In this document: positions 1-9,750 of the stretch, piece by piece | Position numbering within the stretch: the stretch's first letter is position 1 | How the letters are laid out: every line of letters starts with the position of its first letter | Origin: Bacteriovoracaceae bacterium | Lineage (GTDB): Bacteria; Bdellovibrionota; Bacteriovoracia; Bacteriovoracales; Bacteriovoracaceae | Direction: 5' to 3' | DNA length: 41,786 nt | Assembly: GCA_018649885.1 (NCBI GenBank) | Contig: JABIHA010000044.1 | Location: 1 to 41,786 of the forward strand | Position numbers and translations under genes: made by a program | The notes under the pieces: generated by a model | Database searches by the model: none | Seen by the model: only the letters and a program-made list of their open reading frames with translations | What the model was told of the DNA's origin: nothing

Positions 1-95
1 CCCGTGAAGCAAATAATTTTTCCTACAGAGATGTCGAGATCAACACTCTTTAGATTGTTGACTGTAGCTCCGCGAATTTTAATGATTTCATTCAA
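1..95 (-). CDS. uvrA: Excinuclease ABC subunit A, 5' end only (runs off the window; not in ORF track)
   Basis: Manual translation from TTG at 95 gives (M)NEIIKIRGATVNNLKSVDLDISVGKIICFTG, matching the UvrA N-terminus pattern IRGAxxxNLKxxDLDI...xxTG before Walker A. An in-frame TGA at 101-99 bounds the start. Confidence 0.8.
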   Translation of the reverse strand, partial: MNEIIKIRGATVNNLKSVDLDISVGKIICFT

Positions 96-106
96 TATTC
101 ACACCC

Positions 107-134
107 AAAAAAAAACCTCTCCAAAAGGAGAGGT
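107..134 (-). terminator. Rho-independent terminator of rplM-rpsI
   Basis: Minus strand ACCTCTCC-TTTT-GGAGAGGT followed by a T run, about 30 nt after the rpsI stop. Confidence 0.9.
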
Positions 135-163
135 CTATCAAATATGAAATATTATAGATGCTT

Positions 164-565
164 TTAACGTTTAGAGAACTGAAAGCTTTTACGTGCACCG
201 GCTAAACCGTATTTCTTTCTTTCAACTTTTCTTGAGTCTCTAGTAAGAAAACCTGCTTTTTTAAGCTCTGGTCTTGCAGCTGGATCTAGTTTTTCAAGAG
301 CTCTTGCAATACCGAGTCTTATAGCACCAGATTGGCCAGTTGTGCCTCCGCCATTTACGTTGACGTAGATATCAAACTTATCAGTTACTTTTAGAAGCTC
401 AAGTGGTTGATTTACCACGTAGCGACTAGTCGCTTTTGGAAAGTAATTTCTAAACTCACGTCTGTTAACAGAAATTTTACCTGTTCCTTTAACTAAATAA
501 ACACGAGCAACAGAAGATTTTCTTCTTCCAAGTGCTTGAACATCGTAAACTGTACCTTTTCCCAT
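164..565 (-). CDS. rpsI: 30S ribosomal protein uS9
   Basis: [42 protein letters not shown] and C-terminal QFSKR. Confidence 0.99.
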   Translation of the reverse strand: MGKGTVYDVQALGRRKSSVARVYLVKGTGKISVNRREFRNYFPKATSRYVVNQPLELLKVTDKFDIYVNVNGGGTTGQSGAIRLGIARALEKLDPAARPELKKAGFLTRDSRKVERKKYGLAGARKSFQFSKR

Positions 566-588
566 AGTATTTTATCCTAACTATTAAA

Positions 589-1026
589 TTATAACGTCAA
601 TTCTACTGGTTTTTGAGCTTCATGTGAATGCTCAGAGCCTGCGAATACCTTTAATTTTGTTAATTGTTTTCTTCCGAGAGATCCCTTTGGAAGCATCCCC
701 TTAACTGCCATCATAACAATAGAAGTAGGCTCTTTTTCCATTTGAACTTTTGCAGTTCTCTCTTTAAGACCACCAATATGATTAGTGTGTCTGAAGTAGA
801 TTTTTTTATCCCATTTATTACCAGTAAAACGTACTTTTTCTGCGTTGGTAATAACGACATAGTCCCCAGAATCAGTGTTGGGGGTGAAAGTTGGAAGGTG
901 CTTTCCTCTTAATACATCAGCAACCTTAGTGGCCAAACGGCCGACAACCAAACCTGTAGCGTCGATAATATACCATTTCTTATCGGCTTCAGCTGGCTTT
1001 AATGTAAATGACTTATTCTGGTACAT
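589..1026 (-). CDS. rplM: 50S ribosomal protein uL13
   Basis: WYIIDA, GRLAT, LRGKH, GDYVVITNA, KGMLPK and AQKP motifs; upstream of rpsI. Confidence 0.99.
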   Translation of the reverse strand: MYQNKSFTLKPAEADKKWYIIDATGLVVGRLATKVADVLRGKHLPTFTPNTDSGDYVVITNAEKVRFTGNKWDKKIYFRHTNHIGGLKERTAKVQMEKEPTSIVMMAVKGMLPKGSLGRKQLTKLKVFAGSEHSHEAQKPVELTL

Positions 1027-1101
1027 CTTCTACCTCATGAAAATACACGGCAAACTTTAAACTTTGCCTAGCGAATTTTGTATAATTTCGCGAATCCTGC
1101 A

Positions 1102-1130
1102 CTTATATAAATGAGAGGGCCCTTCGTCAA
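1102..1130 (-). promoter_or_regulatory. Sigma70-type promoter of rplM-rpsI
   Basis: TTGACG (1130-1125), 17 nt spacer, TATAAG (1107-1102). Confidence 0.7.
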
Positions 1131-1196
1131 CTCTTTATTAATGGGGCGCTAGCGCAATTTGAGAGAGGATTGATGGAAAAAGGGGAGCTGCGCAGC

Positions 1197-4088
1197 TTAG
1201 AAGACCCCAATGGAAAAGTGAAATCTTCCGACGCCCTCTCCTAGGTCCGTTCTACGATTTAGTTTGAAGCCCCAGTTGAAGTCGACGGTGCCAACGGCAG
1301 TTAAATATTTAAAGGTTATCCCGGTAGATGTCCTCATTTTTTCAGGCCGAATTCCACCCAGATACACGCGCCCCGCATCAAGGAATAGCCCAACAACCAC
1401 GCTTTCCGACATTTGATACCTTGGCTCCACATTTACATTAAGAAAGTAGGCTTCATCTTGAATCAGGACATCAGAGATACTCTTAGCTTCGCCGATAAGC
1501 TTGTTTATTTCGCTTGCAGAGTAGCCACGGACTTGATCAATGCCACCCAATCTAAAACCTTTAATACTGGGGATATGTCCTTTGGTTTTTGGATCTCCAC
1601 TATCTGTATATTGAAGCTGTCCTGCACCGTTGTAGAGAAGGTCGTTTGCCATATTTTTTTGTTTTCCCAGTGAGACTGATGAGGCAAGCACATAATCATC
1701 AAAAACAGGTAGGTAGAAATAATTCCTGGAGACGATTTTATAGAAATGAATATTGGGGTAGGTATCATTTTGACTCAAGAATGCAGGGCTAGCATATTCG
1801 AGCGATAGCTTGAATAAAGCACCAAATGTTGGATAAACCTGAGAATTTCTCAAATCGAGGCTAAGGCCAGGATTAATTGAGCCAATTCGATATTCTCCTT
1901 CATCTTGCATGCTGGTGCCGTTGAATTGTTTGATTTGCTCAAGTTGATAACCAAGACTTGTACTAAATCGTTTGCCAAAATCTTTGGTAAAAACAGAGTT
2001 GATTTTTGTGACATAGGCATCAACTGAATAATACCTTTTTCTTGCATGGGTCATTGAGGAGTGGAAACTTACCGGCAAGTTAAAAGTATAGGGTTCTGAA
2101 AATGTAATTTTCCCAGAATATTCCAGAAATTTTTTCCCATCTCGCCTGGATGGCCCCGTCAGCTCATTACCAGAGAGATCTTTTTTCTTAGATTCGTCTA
2201 GGCCTTCATTATCAACCCTGTGATTAACCGCTCCATTAACCTTCACAGAGCGGTTCATACCTGTAAGGTTTGAGTATCCTGCACCAATAGAGAATTTAAA
2301 GCCAAGATCAGACCTATACCCAGGACCAAGTTCAATACTGCCGAAGTTTCTCTCTTTTAAATTAATCAAAATATCAGTGGCCGAGCTGCCTGTTGAGCTT
2401 CCAAGAGGCCTTACGTCTACAAGTGAGAACAATCCAAGTGAATTAATATTATCCCTTGTTTCATCAAGGTTTTGAGGTGTGATGACCTGACCTTTTGAAA
2501 TAGTAATCTCTCTATAGATGGCCTTATTTCTGGTTTTTCCATTTCCTGAAATAATAATATTTCTTAGCTTTAACTTTGGTCCTGAAATTAATTTGAAAAA
2601 CAAATCCACTGACTGATAGGTTGAATTGTAAACGACGAAGTCTTCTTCACCAGTACCTTCAAAACTTGCGTAGTAATAACCCTTATTTTTTAAATAAGTA
2701 ATGATTTTCTTTAAATCATCACCAAGGCCTATGGTGTTAATGGGAGCTTCAATTTTATTGGTTAGTAACTCTCTAATATTAATTTGATCACTTTCTTCTA
2801 TTCCAGAGAAATTCACTGAGTTAATAATCGCCTGTTTTCCCTCTTTAATTTTAAAAATTATGCTTGCTTCTCTTCCATCATCAGAAATCTGAATTAGTGG
2901 ATCTGAAATATTTACAAACACAAAACCCTTTTGTAAATAATTCCTTTCTAAAATCTTGGAAAACTTCTGGTAGTACTTTTTATCGAAGAAATCCCTACTG
3001 GCGAGTTCACTAGATTCACTCTCAAAAAAATCTTCTATCTCCTCATTTGAGAAAAATTTATTGCCCAAATAAGTCCTGAAGTTTACACGTCGTTTACGCC
3101 CTTCTTCTATTTCAAAGTAATAATAGGTCGTGTTACTTTCTTTATCAGTTCCTTCTCTTACAAAAGTCTTGATTATCGTATTGTATATTCCAATTTCTTC
3201 GTAATATTTATTTAGCTCTTGCTCAAATACAACAATGCTAAGATCTTGTTTGAATTTATTAACCACCTTTTTAATGGGTACAAGAAGCTCTTGCTTTCTA
3301 AAAAGTTTATTACCGAAAAATCCAAATACAAATCGTCTTCCCGATAAGATCTCAATCGATGGATGGATTTCATCCCCTCTTACACTGGCCATGCTAAGGC
3401 GCTCGATTTCGATGGAAGAATTCACATATCCTTTCTTAAAGAGATCATCCCTATAGGATTCAATCTCCGTTTTAATGGTAGGTAGATTAAGTCTACCCTT
3501 GTGAAACTTTTTCAATTTAGATTTGAGCTCTTCAATATAATTTGGATTATCTCCATGAATATCAAAGCCAGTGACAACAACAGGAGCACCAAGATCAAGT
3601 ATGAATTTTACATCAATAGAGTTTTCTAACTCCTTAACCTTGTACTTTACTTTGGCCCTGGGGTAACCGTGTTCGAAAAATATCTTATTAAGGTTGTCGA
3701 CACTTTTAGTTAGCTGTTCTTCTTCAAGGTAGCTCCCCTCAAGAGTGAAAAGCTGACTTCTGAGGAAAGAAGAATTTAAATCCTGAAACCCTGTGATTGC
3801 AACATTCGAAATCGTTTTCCTTAAATCAACTTGTAAATCTACCTCATATTTGGATCCGTATGTATAAACTTTATATGAAAACCGTGAAATACTATCGTTA
3901 AAAAGAATAGTTTTAAGGCCATTTCTAAGATCATTTAAATTCTCGTAATTGATTAATAAATTTTCTGTATTTACATGAAAGTCATCACACAATTTTTTGG
4001 GGCTACAATTTAAATTTATTTTTGATAGCTCTACCACTCCATAGGCTGGAGTTGCGAGCAAAATGGAAATGAAAAATAATATTCTCAT
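1197..4088 (-). CDS. Omp85-family (TamA/BamA-like) outer membrane protein with multiple POTRA domains
   Basis: Signal peptide; repeated POTRA-like units (GNKLF, GNKFFS, GNGKTR, GY helices); barrel loop motif LGGIDQVRGY; C-terminal FHFSIGVF; start overlaps the TamB stop. Confidence 0.9.
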   Translation of the reverse strand: MRILFFISILLATPAYGVVELSKINLNCSPKKLCDDFHVNTENLLINYENLNDLRNGLKTILFNDSISRFSYKVYTYGSKYEVDLQVDLRKTISNVAITGFQDLNSSFLRSQLFTLEGSYLEEEQLTKSVDNLNKIFFEHGYPRAKVKYKVKELENSIDVKFILDLGAPVVVTGFDIHGDNPNYIEELKSKLKKFHKGRLNLPTIKTEIESYRDDLFKKGYVNSSIEIERLSMASVRGDEIHPSIEILSGRRFVFGFFGNKLFRKQELLVPIKKVVNKFKQDLSIVVFEQELNKYYEEIGIYNTIIKTFVREGTDKESNTTYYYFEIEEGRKRRVNFRTYLGNKFFSNEEIEDFFESESSELASRDFFDKKYYQKFSKILERNYLQKGFVFVNISDPLIQISDDGREASIIFKIKEGKQAIINSVNFSGIEESDQINIRELLTNKIEAPINTIGLGDDLKKIITYLKNKGYYYASFEGTGEEDFVVYNSTYQSVDLFFKLISGPKLKLRNIIISGNGKTRNKAIYREITISKGQVITPQNLDETRDNINSLGLFSLVDVRPLGSSTGSSATDILINLKERNFGSIELGPGYRSDLGFKFSIGAGYSNLTGMNRSVKVNGAVNHRVDNEGLDESKKKDLSGNELTGPSRRDGKKFLEYSGKITFSEPYTFNLPVSFHSSMTHARKRYYSVDAYVTKINSVFTKDFGKRFSTSLGYQLEQIKQFNGTSMQDEGEYRIGSINPGLSLDLRNSQVYPTFGALFKLSLEYASPAFLSQNDTYPNIHFYKIVSRNYFYLPVFDDYVLASSVSLGKQKNMANDLLYNGAGQLQYTDSGDPKTKGHIPSIKGFRLGGIDQVRGYSASEINKLIGEAKSISDVLIQDEAYFLNVNVEPRYQMSESVVVGLFLDAGRVYLGGIRPEKMRTSTGITFKYLTAVGTVDFNWGFKLNRRTDLGEGVGRFHFSIGVF

Positions 4089-7000
4089 TTAAACGTCCAC
4101 CTCAATTTTAAATCGGCTCCATATGAAGAGTTCTGTACATTATCCCCGTCGCCGCCTTCTTCCTTTAGCTCATATACACCCTGAAGTGAGACATGGTTGT
4201 TGAGCCTATAATTTAAGTTCATTTCCTGTTGTGCAGCAAGACTTCCCCCGACTGTACTTGAAACTGAAAGGTCGATTGATTTTCCAAGCTTTCTTTGAAG
4301 TTTCACCTTGGTTGCTGAACGGTAACGATAAGAAGCAGACTCAGAGCTACTTCCAATCCTGCCCTTTATCATATTGCCCTCATCTTCAGAAAATTCTGGA
4401 GCAATGCTTACCTTTAGCCCTAGGCTCGACTTTAAATTCTCATTAAATTTAAATTTATCAAATAAAATAGATCCCAACCCTGAAGAGCTCAATGAATTTC
4501 TGTCACTTTCAGTTAGGTCCTGGGACAAACTACCTGTGTATCCAAATGCCAAGAGAGATACAATATCTCTTTGGGAGAGAGAGGGGTCACTCGTTAACAC
4601 CATATTAAAGTCTTTAGCTCGGCCACTTATCTCTACTCGAACCTTATAATCTGCGATTCTAGAATCACCACTGAAATAGATTTTGGGATTAACTTCCTCT
4701 TCCTTACCAAAAAACTGAACTTCTCCCTTAGACAATTGAAAATCATTTTGCTTAAAATGAAATTTTGATTTGGGAGAGTAGACAGAGAATATAGCATCAA
4801 GCTTTGGATTATTCATAGTTCCCACAACACTTCCAGACCCACCAAAAATAATATCACTTAGAGAATTTTTAACTCTAATAGTATTATTTGATGAAACTTT
4901 CATTTTGTATTCAAAAATCTCTTTTGTTTGAAGCTTTTTAACCTTTGGTCTAAACCTGGTATTTTTCACTGAACCTTCATCATCCTCAGCAAAATCTTCA
5001 ATCTCATCTTCTATAGAGGCTGAGTCAACTACAAAATTGCCCCCAAGAGTATAAGGAATAGTACTGCCAATCAAACTGCCTCGACCAGATACTACAAACT
5101 CTGACTTTTTGAAAAATGCCAATTTTGAGTTTTTGATTCCAAAATTAATATTAAAATCTGGAAAAGGAAATTTTAAAAGAATGCTTCCAAAGGCCTCAAT
5201 ATCTCCTCCTCCAAAAACTCCTTCCGCTTTTTCGATTAAAATTTTATCATTGAGAAGTGAGGTTGTAATGGCGAGAGGTCCTGCATAAGCAGGAAGGCCT
5301 TCAAAGTTGATAGAAATATCATCACCACTAGTCACACCTGACCAAGTAAGATCTTCCTTATCACCAGTTAGTTTTGAACCACCGTTTACTATTCCCTTTA
5401 CTCTAATTAACTTGGGATGAAATGTTTCTAGTATGCTGGCATCAAATCTGAACTTATTATCAACAGTAAAATTCTTTCCAAGCTCGCCTGCTCCTTTGCT
5501 AGAGATCCTATTTACACTTTGGTTTGATTTTAAATCCCATTTTTTAATAACACCTTTTTCTACAACAATGCTCTGGGGTTGATCAAACTTAATTCCAAAA
5601 TTTAATCTATGAAAAGAGAACTCATCAACCTGAAGATTTAAATCAAGAGAGCTAAGGTTATTAAAGTTAAACTTTGAATCAATTTTTCCCTTGAGCTCTC
5701 CTTTTATAGCGCTGTCATGAATATTATGATAGCTCACCATGCCCATCAGAGTCTTTAAATTGTCAAAATCAATTGTACTTTTTAAGTATGAGTTTCTGGC
5801 TTTGGAATGCTTACTTTCATTCCAATCAAGTCTAGAGTTGAATGAAATTCTCTTATCAAAGAAGGTTCCATCAAAAGTATAGATACTATTGAGAGAGCTT
5901 ACTTTTGCGACGGAGTTTCCAACCCTAAACCCTCCTACATGTCCTCTCGAAATATAAAATTTGGAGTCTGTTTTTAATTTTCCAATTTTACCACCGCCCT
6001 CAGACTGACCTGATATTGAGCCATCAAAGCCAAGTGGAAGAGTATTGTAGAACATATAGTCTTTGGGTCTAACTCCTCTCCAGTTAAACTTATAAGCCAT
6101 AAGCTCTGACTTGATGTCATAGGAGTAGTTTCCCTTGAGTCTCCCTGAATCTTTCCTTAAAACAATCTTTTTGAAATCTAAAACACCATTATGATAAGAA
6201 AAACCTGCATTGAGACTATCAAAATCTTCACCGTACCAGGAAATGCTACTTGTCCTCATTGAACCATCAACATTCACTTTTATTGGGTCAGCCGGTCCAG
6301 TTATTTTATACCTGGTTGAGTAATAAACATTTAAGTTTTTAGGCTTGTAACTTAAATTTTCAAGAAGGTTTGAGTAAATCACCAAAGAATCATTATAGGT
6401 TCCTGTTGAAAAATCAGCCGTTATATCAAGTTCGACTTCTTCTTGGTAATTAATCTCTCCCCATAATGAATAGCGTGACTGCCCTAACTCTCCTTGCAAA
6501 TCTCTTATGGCAAACAAATCTCCTGCTACATCAATTGAAAATTTCCCCGAAATACTTCCTAAGTTAAATCCCAAAATATTAGTATCTTTTAGTCTACCGT
6601 CGAGATCGATCATTAAGTTATCTTGGTCACCCTCAATAGAGAAATCGAGCACTCCTTTTCCCTTTAAATCCAAGCCTACAATAGGTCCAGTCTTAGAAAA
6701 ATCAACTTGAGCACCCGTTGACTTGAAGGATACAAGATCCTCCTCAATTGATCCCACTGCCACAATCTTTTGGCCACCGATCTCACCAGTAGCATTTATT
6801 GCAACTAAGTAGTTTTCAAAAATATCTAAATCTAGCTTAATCTCTTTAATAACTATTTGGGGAACATCAAAAACTGATTTCCCACCCTCGCTAAATTGGA
6901 GCTTTAAATTGTTTGCGATAACATCTCCAACACTTTCAATAAATATTATCTTATCGATAATCTTAATCTCTGCCTCACCTGAAATTCTTGTTTTAAGAGG

Positions 7001-8179
7001 GTCAAGCTGGTTAACATATTTCAGAAGATCATTCGTTCTATAGTCTTTTAAAATGGCCCTAAACGGGTTAGTTAAAATACTATTCGTTTTGAAGTCAAAT
7101 ATTTTGACAGAGTCTTTCAAGGAAACCCTACTATCATCCTTCTCTATTCTAATTTTATTAACAATTAAAACATCCTCATTCTTCGCTACATTTATGGATA
7201 AATTATCCGCATTAATGACGCTACTTTCAAACTCTTTGATATTTACCTTGAGTTGAATATTGGGATCTACTACTTCGTCAGAACTCTTTACTTCAAAAGT
7301 TAAAAGCCCACCGTCAGCATTGTAATCCTTGCTAAGTGTTGAAAGAATGCTGTGCTCCTCAATATCGATTACTCCCACTCCATCTAAAAAGTGAGTTAAT
7401 TGATCTTTTTTACTTAAGTCTCCTTTTAAATTCCCTTTTAGCTCGATAGATGAAAGTCCGGACAATATTTTGGCCCTATCCACAAAAATATCATCTTTAT
7501 TCCAACTACCTTCAAGCTCTATTCCATCAAGCTGGTTAAAATGACTACCTCCAATTCTCATATGTGGAATATTACGAATTCCCATATTTAATGAAATAGA
7601 TTTTTTCATTAAGCTAGAACTCAAATGTTCAATTGAAATTTCTGCACCTGCTGACAGAAGAGTCATTTTTTTGAGAGAAATATTATATATTGAAATTGGC
7701 AAATTCTCTTTTATTAAAGATCTAACATACTTATAGGTTATTTCGTTTTCTCCACCACTTTTACTCTTTGAAAAATAATCAAAATCAAGAGAACCGTTTT
7801 GAAGAAGACCTGAAGGCAATACTCCTTCAGCACTCAAGATGCCATCTTCAATTGAAACATCTTCCAAAGTTACTTTATTTAGAAAAAGATCAAAAATATT
7901 GAAGTAAAATGAGACCTCACTATTAAGACCACTAATGCTTACTCCGTCGGAGAAGTCGCCTTTATATTTTACACCTAGAAGTCTCACTCCAGGAGGGAAT
8001 GCTCTTAGCTCAACTTGATCAAAACTAAAATCTACTCCTATTTGAGATTTCACCTGTGAAGATACTTTTTCAGAAATAATTGAAACAACTCTTGGAGAGT
8101 GCAATACCTGCCAAAAAAGCCAGGTAGCTCCGCTTACAAATACCAAGAATAGGACAAGTATTTTATTTACCTTAGTCAC
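4085..8179 (-). CDS. tamB: Translocation/assembly module TamB-like protein (AsmA-like, C-terminal DUF490-like)
   Basis: N-terminal TM anchor; 1364 aa rich in beta strands; C-terminal LTSDPSLSQRDIVSLLAFG and GADLKLRWTFK; adjacent to Omp85. Confidence 0.88.
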   Translation of the reverse strand: MTKVNKILVLFLVFVSGATWLFWQVLHSPRVVSIISEKVSSQVKSQIGVDFSFDQVELRAFPPGVRLLGVKYKGDFSDGVSISGLNSEVSFYFNIFDLFLNKVTLEDVSIEDGILSAEGVLPSGLLQNGSLDFDYFSKSKSGGENEITYKYVRSLIKENLPISIYNISLKKMTLLSAGAEISIEHLSSSLMKKSISLNMGIRNIPHMRIGGSHFNQLDGIELEGSWNKDDIFVDRAKILSGLSSIELKGNLKGDLSKKDQLTHFLDGVGVIDIEEHSILSTLSKDYNADGGLLTFEVKSSDEVVDPNIQLKVNIKEFESSVINADNLSINVAKNEDVLIVNKIRIEKDDSRVSLKDSVKIFDFKTNSILTNPFRAILKDYRTNDLLKYVNQLDPLKTRISGEAEIKIIDKIIFIESVGDVIANNLKLQFSEGGKSVFDVPQIVIKEIKLDLDIFENYLVAINATGEIGGQKIVAVGSIEEDLVSFKSTGAQVDFSKTGPIVGLDLKGKGVLDFSIEGDQDNLMIDLDGRLKDTNILGFNLGSISGKFSIDVAGDLFAIRDLQGELGQSRYSLWGEINYQEEVELDITADFSTGTYNDSLVIYSNLLENLSYKPKNLNVYYSTRYKITGPADPIKVNVDGSMRTSSISWYGEDFDSLNAGFSYHNGVLDFKKIVLRKDSGRLKGNYSYDIKSELMAYKFNWRGVRPKDYMFYNTLPLGFDGSISGQSEGGGKIGKLKTDSKFYISRGHVGGFRVGNSVAKVSSLNSIYTFDGTFFDKRISFNSRLDWNESKHSKARNSYLKSTIDFDNLKTLMGMVSYHNIHDSAIKGELKGKIDSKFNFNNLSSLDLNLQVDEFSFHRLNFGIKFDQPQSIVVEKGVIKKWDLKSNQSVNRISSKGAGELGKNFTVDNKFRFDASILETFHPKLIRVKGIVNGGSKLTGDKEDLTWSGVTSGDDISINFEGLPAYAGPLAITTSLLNDKILIEKAEGVFGGGDIEAFGSILLKFPFPDFNINFGIKNSKLAFFKKSEFVVSGRGSLIGSTIPYTLGGNFVVDSASIEDEIEDFAEDDEGSVKNTRFRPKVKKLQTKEIFEYKMKVSSNNTIRVKNSLSDIIFGGSGSVVGTMNNPKLDAIFSVYSPKSKFHFKQNDFQLSKGEVQFFGKEEEVNPKIYFSGDSRIADYKVRVEISGRAKDFNMVLTSDPSLSQRDIVSLLAFGYTGSLSQDLTESDRNSLSSSGLGSILFDKFKFNENLKSSLGLKVSIAPEFSEDEGNMIKGRIGSSSESASYRYRSATKVKLQRKLGKSIDLSVSSTVGGSLAAQQEMNLNYRLNNHVSLQGVYELKEEGGDGDNVQNSSYGADLKLRWTFK

Positions 8180-9696
8180 CGTAGCCTATTTAACTCCTCA
8201 CTCACCCTTTTAACTCTTTTGTTTAGTCCTAGCTTTTTAAGTATCTCTACTTCAATTAAAAGAAGGGCATGTAGGGAATTTCTTTTAAGTGCTTTTTGCG
8301 TTTTATATACTTCGATTTTTGAAAGCGCTAACTTATAATCTTTTCTTTTAACATCTGACAATATTTTCAGATAATCCTTATCAAAATCTTGAGCATCATC
8401 AACCTTATCAAGAATTTCATATACCAAATCAAAATATTCAAGAAAGATAAAGCTTTGTACATACTCACGGTGAGAGGCAATAAACTCATCTTTTTCACCG
8501 GCCAGAAATAAATTAATCAATGTTTTTTCCTGACGCTTATCCCAAAGAGCTGTGTCCTCATCAGACTCAATGAAAGGAGACAAGTTATCTACAAGGCCTT
8601 GATAGATTTGTGAACCAGAGCGCTGGTCTTTTTCCATCTCGTCTTTAATTGAAAACCAGTGCTTCCTTGGCTCTGCTTTTCGCTCAACTACATCACAGGG
8701 CTTTGCGGTTTCAAATAAATCATCCGCTGAATCCTCTCCCAAAGACAAGAGCTTCGTTTGAATGATTTTGGTTTCATCAAACTCAATACTCTTCCTATCA
8801 CCCCTGATATTTTCTAATTTTTTATCCCACAACCTAAGATAGCTCTTCTTGATTGAAAACTCGTTCATATGTTCAAAAAACAAATCTAAGATATTTTTTG
8901 AGACTACTAGTTTTTTCTTTGCATAAAAGAACTCGAGGGCAAGTGAGCAGTTTTCAAAATCCTCAGGCCCAAGTGCAATACACTCAGAGATAATCTTAAG
9001 TTTTTCATAATCAGAGATTTCATTATTTGATAAGTAGAATATTAGATCGGTTTTACTATCCCGGAGACCATGGTCTACAACCCATTGGTAAATGGGATCT
9101 ACTGTCTCAGCGAACTCCCACTTTTTCATACCTAAACCCTTTCCAATCTTTTTAACTCCCCAACTTGAAAGACTTTTTATGCTTTTAAAACACCCCTCAT
9201 GGTCTCCAAGAATATAGTGAAGTTGGATCTTGTAGAAGTCACTTGAAGCAGTGGGGCCAAAGTGAAGTTCATATTTCTTAAGAAGCTCAAATCCAAGGAC
9301 CACCAATTTCCTTTTAATGCACCTATCTGCAGCTAACTTATAAACTTGTTCACCAAGCTCTATTTCACCCTCAGTAAAAGAGTCGTCCATAAATGTAATT
9401 AAAAACTTAGCAACAGACTGAAAAGGGCTAAGCAGATCTAAGTGATCAAAAATTTTCTTATTAATTTTGTATTCTTTTTTTCGATCACCTTGTTCTTTTA
9501 GAAACTTAGCGTAGCTGTGATAGGCAAGTATCAGTTCATTTTCTTTTTTCAGTTCTTTAAGTGAATAAATTAATTTTTCAAAATATTCATTTTTTTGATC
9601 AAAAGAAATTTCGCTTTCTAAAGTTTTAAGCAAAGCATGTGCTTCATTAAATTTTTGATTTTGAATTAACAATTGAGCATCATCAAGCTTGTTCAT
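8176..9696 (-). CDS. Alpha-helical TPR-like cytoplasmic protein; positional equivalent of Bd2492/SgmX
   Basis: No signal peptide; helical, charged sequence; stop overlaps the tamB start; lies between accC and tamB. Orthology inferred from synteny only. Confidence 0.55.
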   Translation of the reverse strand: MNKLDDAQLLIQNQKFNEAHALLKTLESEISFDQKNEYFEKLIYSLKELKKENELILAYHSYAKFLKEQGDRKKEYKINKKIFDHLDLLSPFQSVAKFLITFMDDSFTEGEIELGEQVYKLAADRCIKRKLVVLGFELLKKYELHFGPTASSDFYKIQLHYILGDHEGCFKSIKSLSSWGVKKIGKGLGMKKWEFAETVDPIYQWVVDHGLRDSKTDLIFYLSNNEISDYEKLKIISECIALGPEDFENCSLALEFFYAKKKLVVSKNILDLFFEHMNEFSIKKSYLRLWDKKLENIRGDRKSIEFDETKIIQTKLLSLGEDSADDLFETAKPCDVVERKAEPRKHWFSIKDEMEKDQRSGSQIYQGLVDNLSPFIESDEDTALWDKRQEKTLINLFLAGEKDEFIASHREYVQSFIFLEYFDLVYEILDKVDDAQDFDKDYLKILSDVKRKDYKLALSKIEVYKTQKALKRNSLHALLLIEVEILKKLGLNKRVKRVSEELNRLR

Positions 9697-9718
9697 TCAG
9701 TAGACCTTCCTAGTCCAG

Positions 9719-9743
9719 TAAAACCGATAAATTATTGGTTTTA
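9719..9743. repeat. 25-bp near-perfect palindrome between accC and the TPR-like gene
   Basis: TAAAACCGATAA-A-TTATTGGTTTTA; 11 of 12 arm positions are complementary. Confidence 0.7.
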
Positions 9744-9750
9744 TTAAATT

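Noticed and set aside
9723..9730. ACCGATAA as a sigma28 -10 box on the + strand
   Set aside because: No matching -35 at N11 spacing, it would point antisense into accC, and it is explained by the palindrome.
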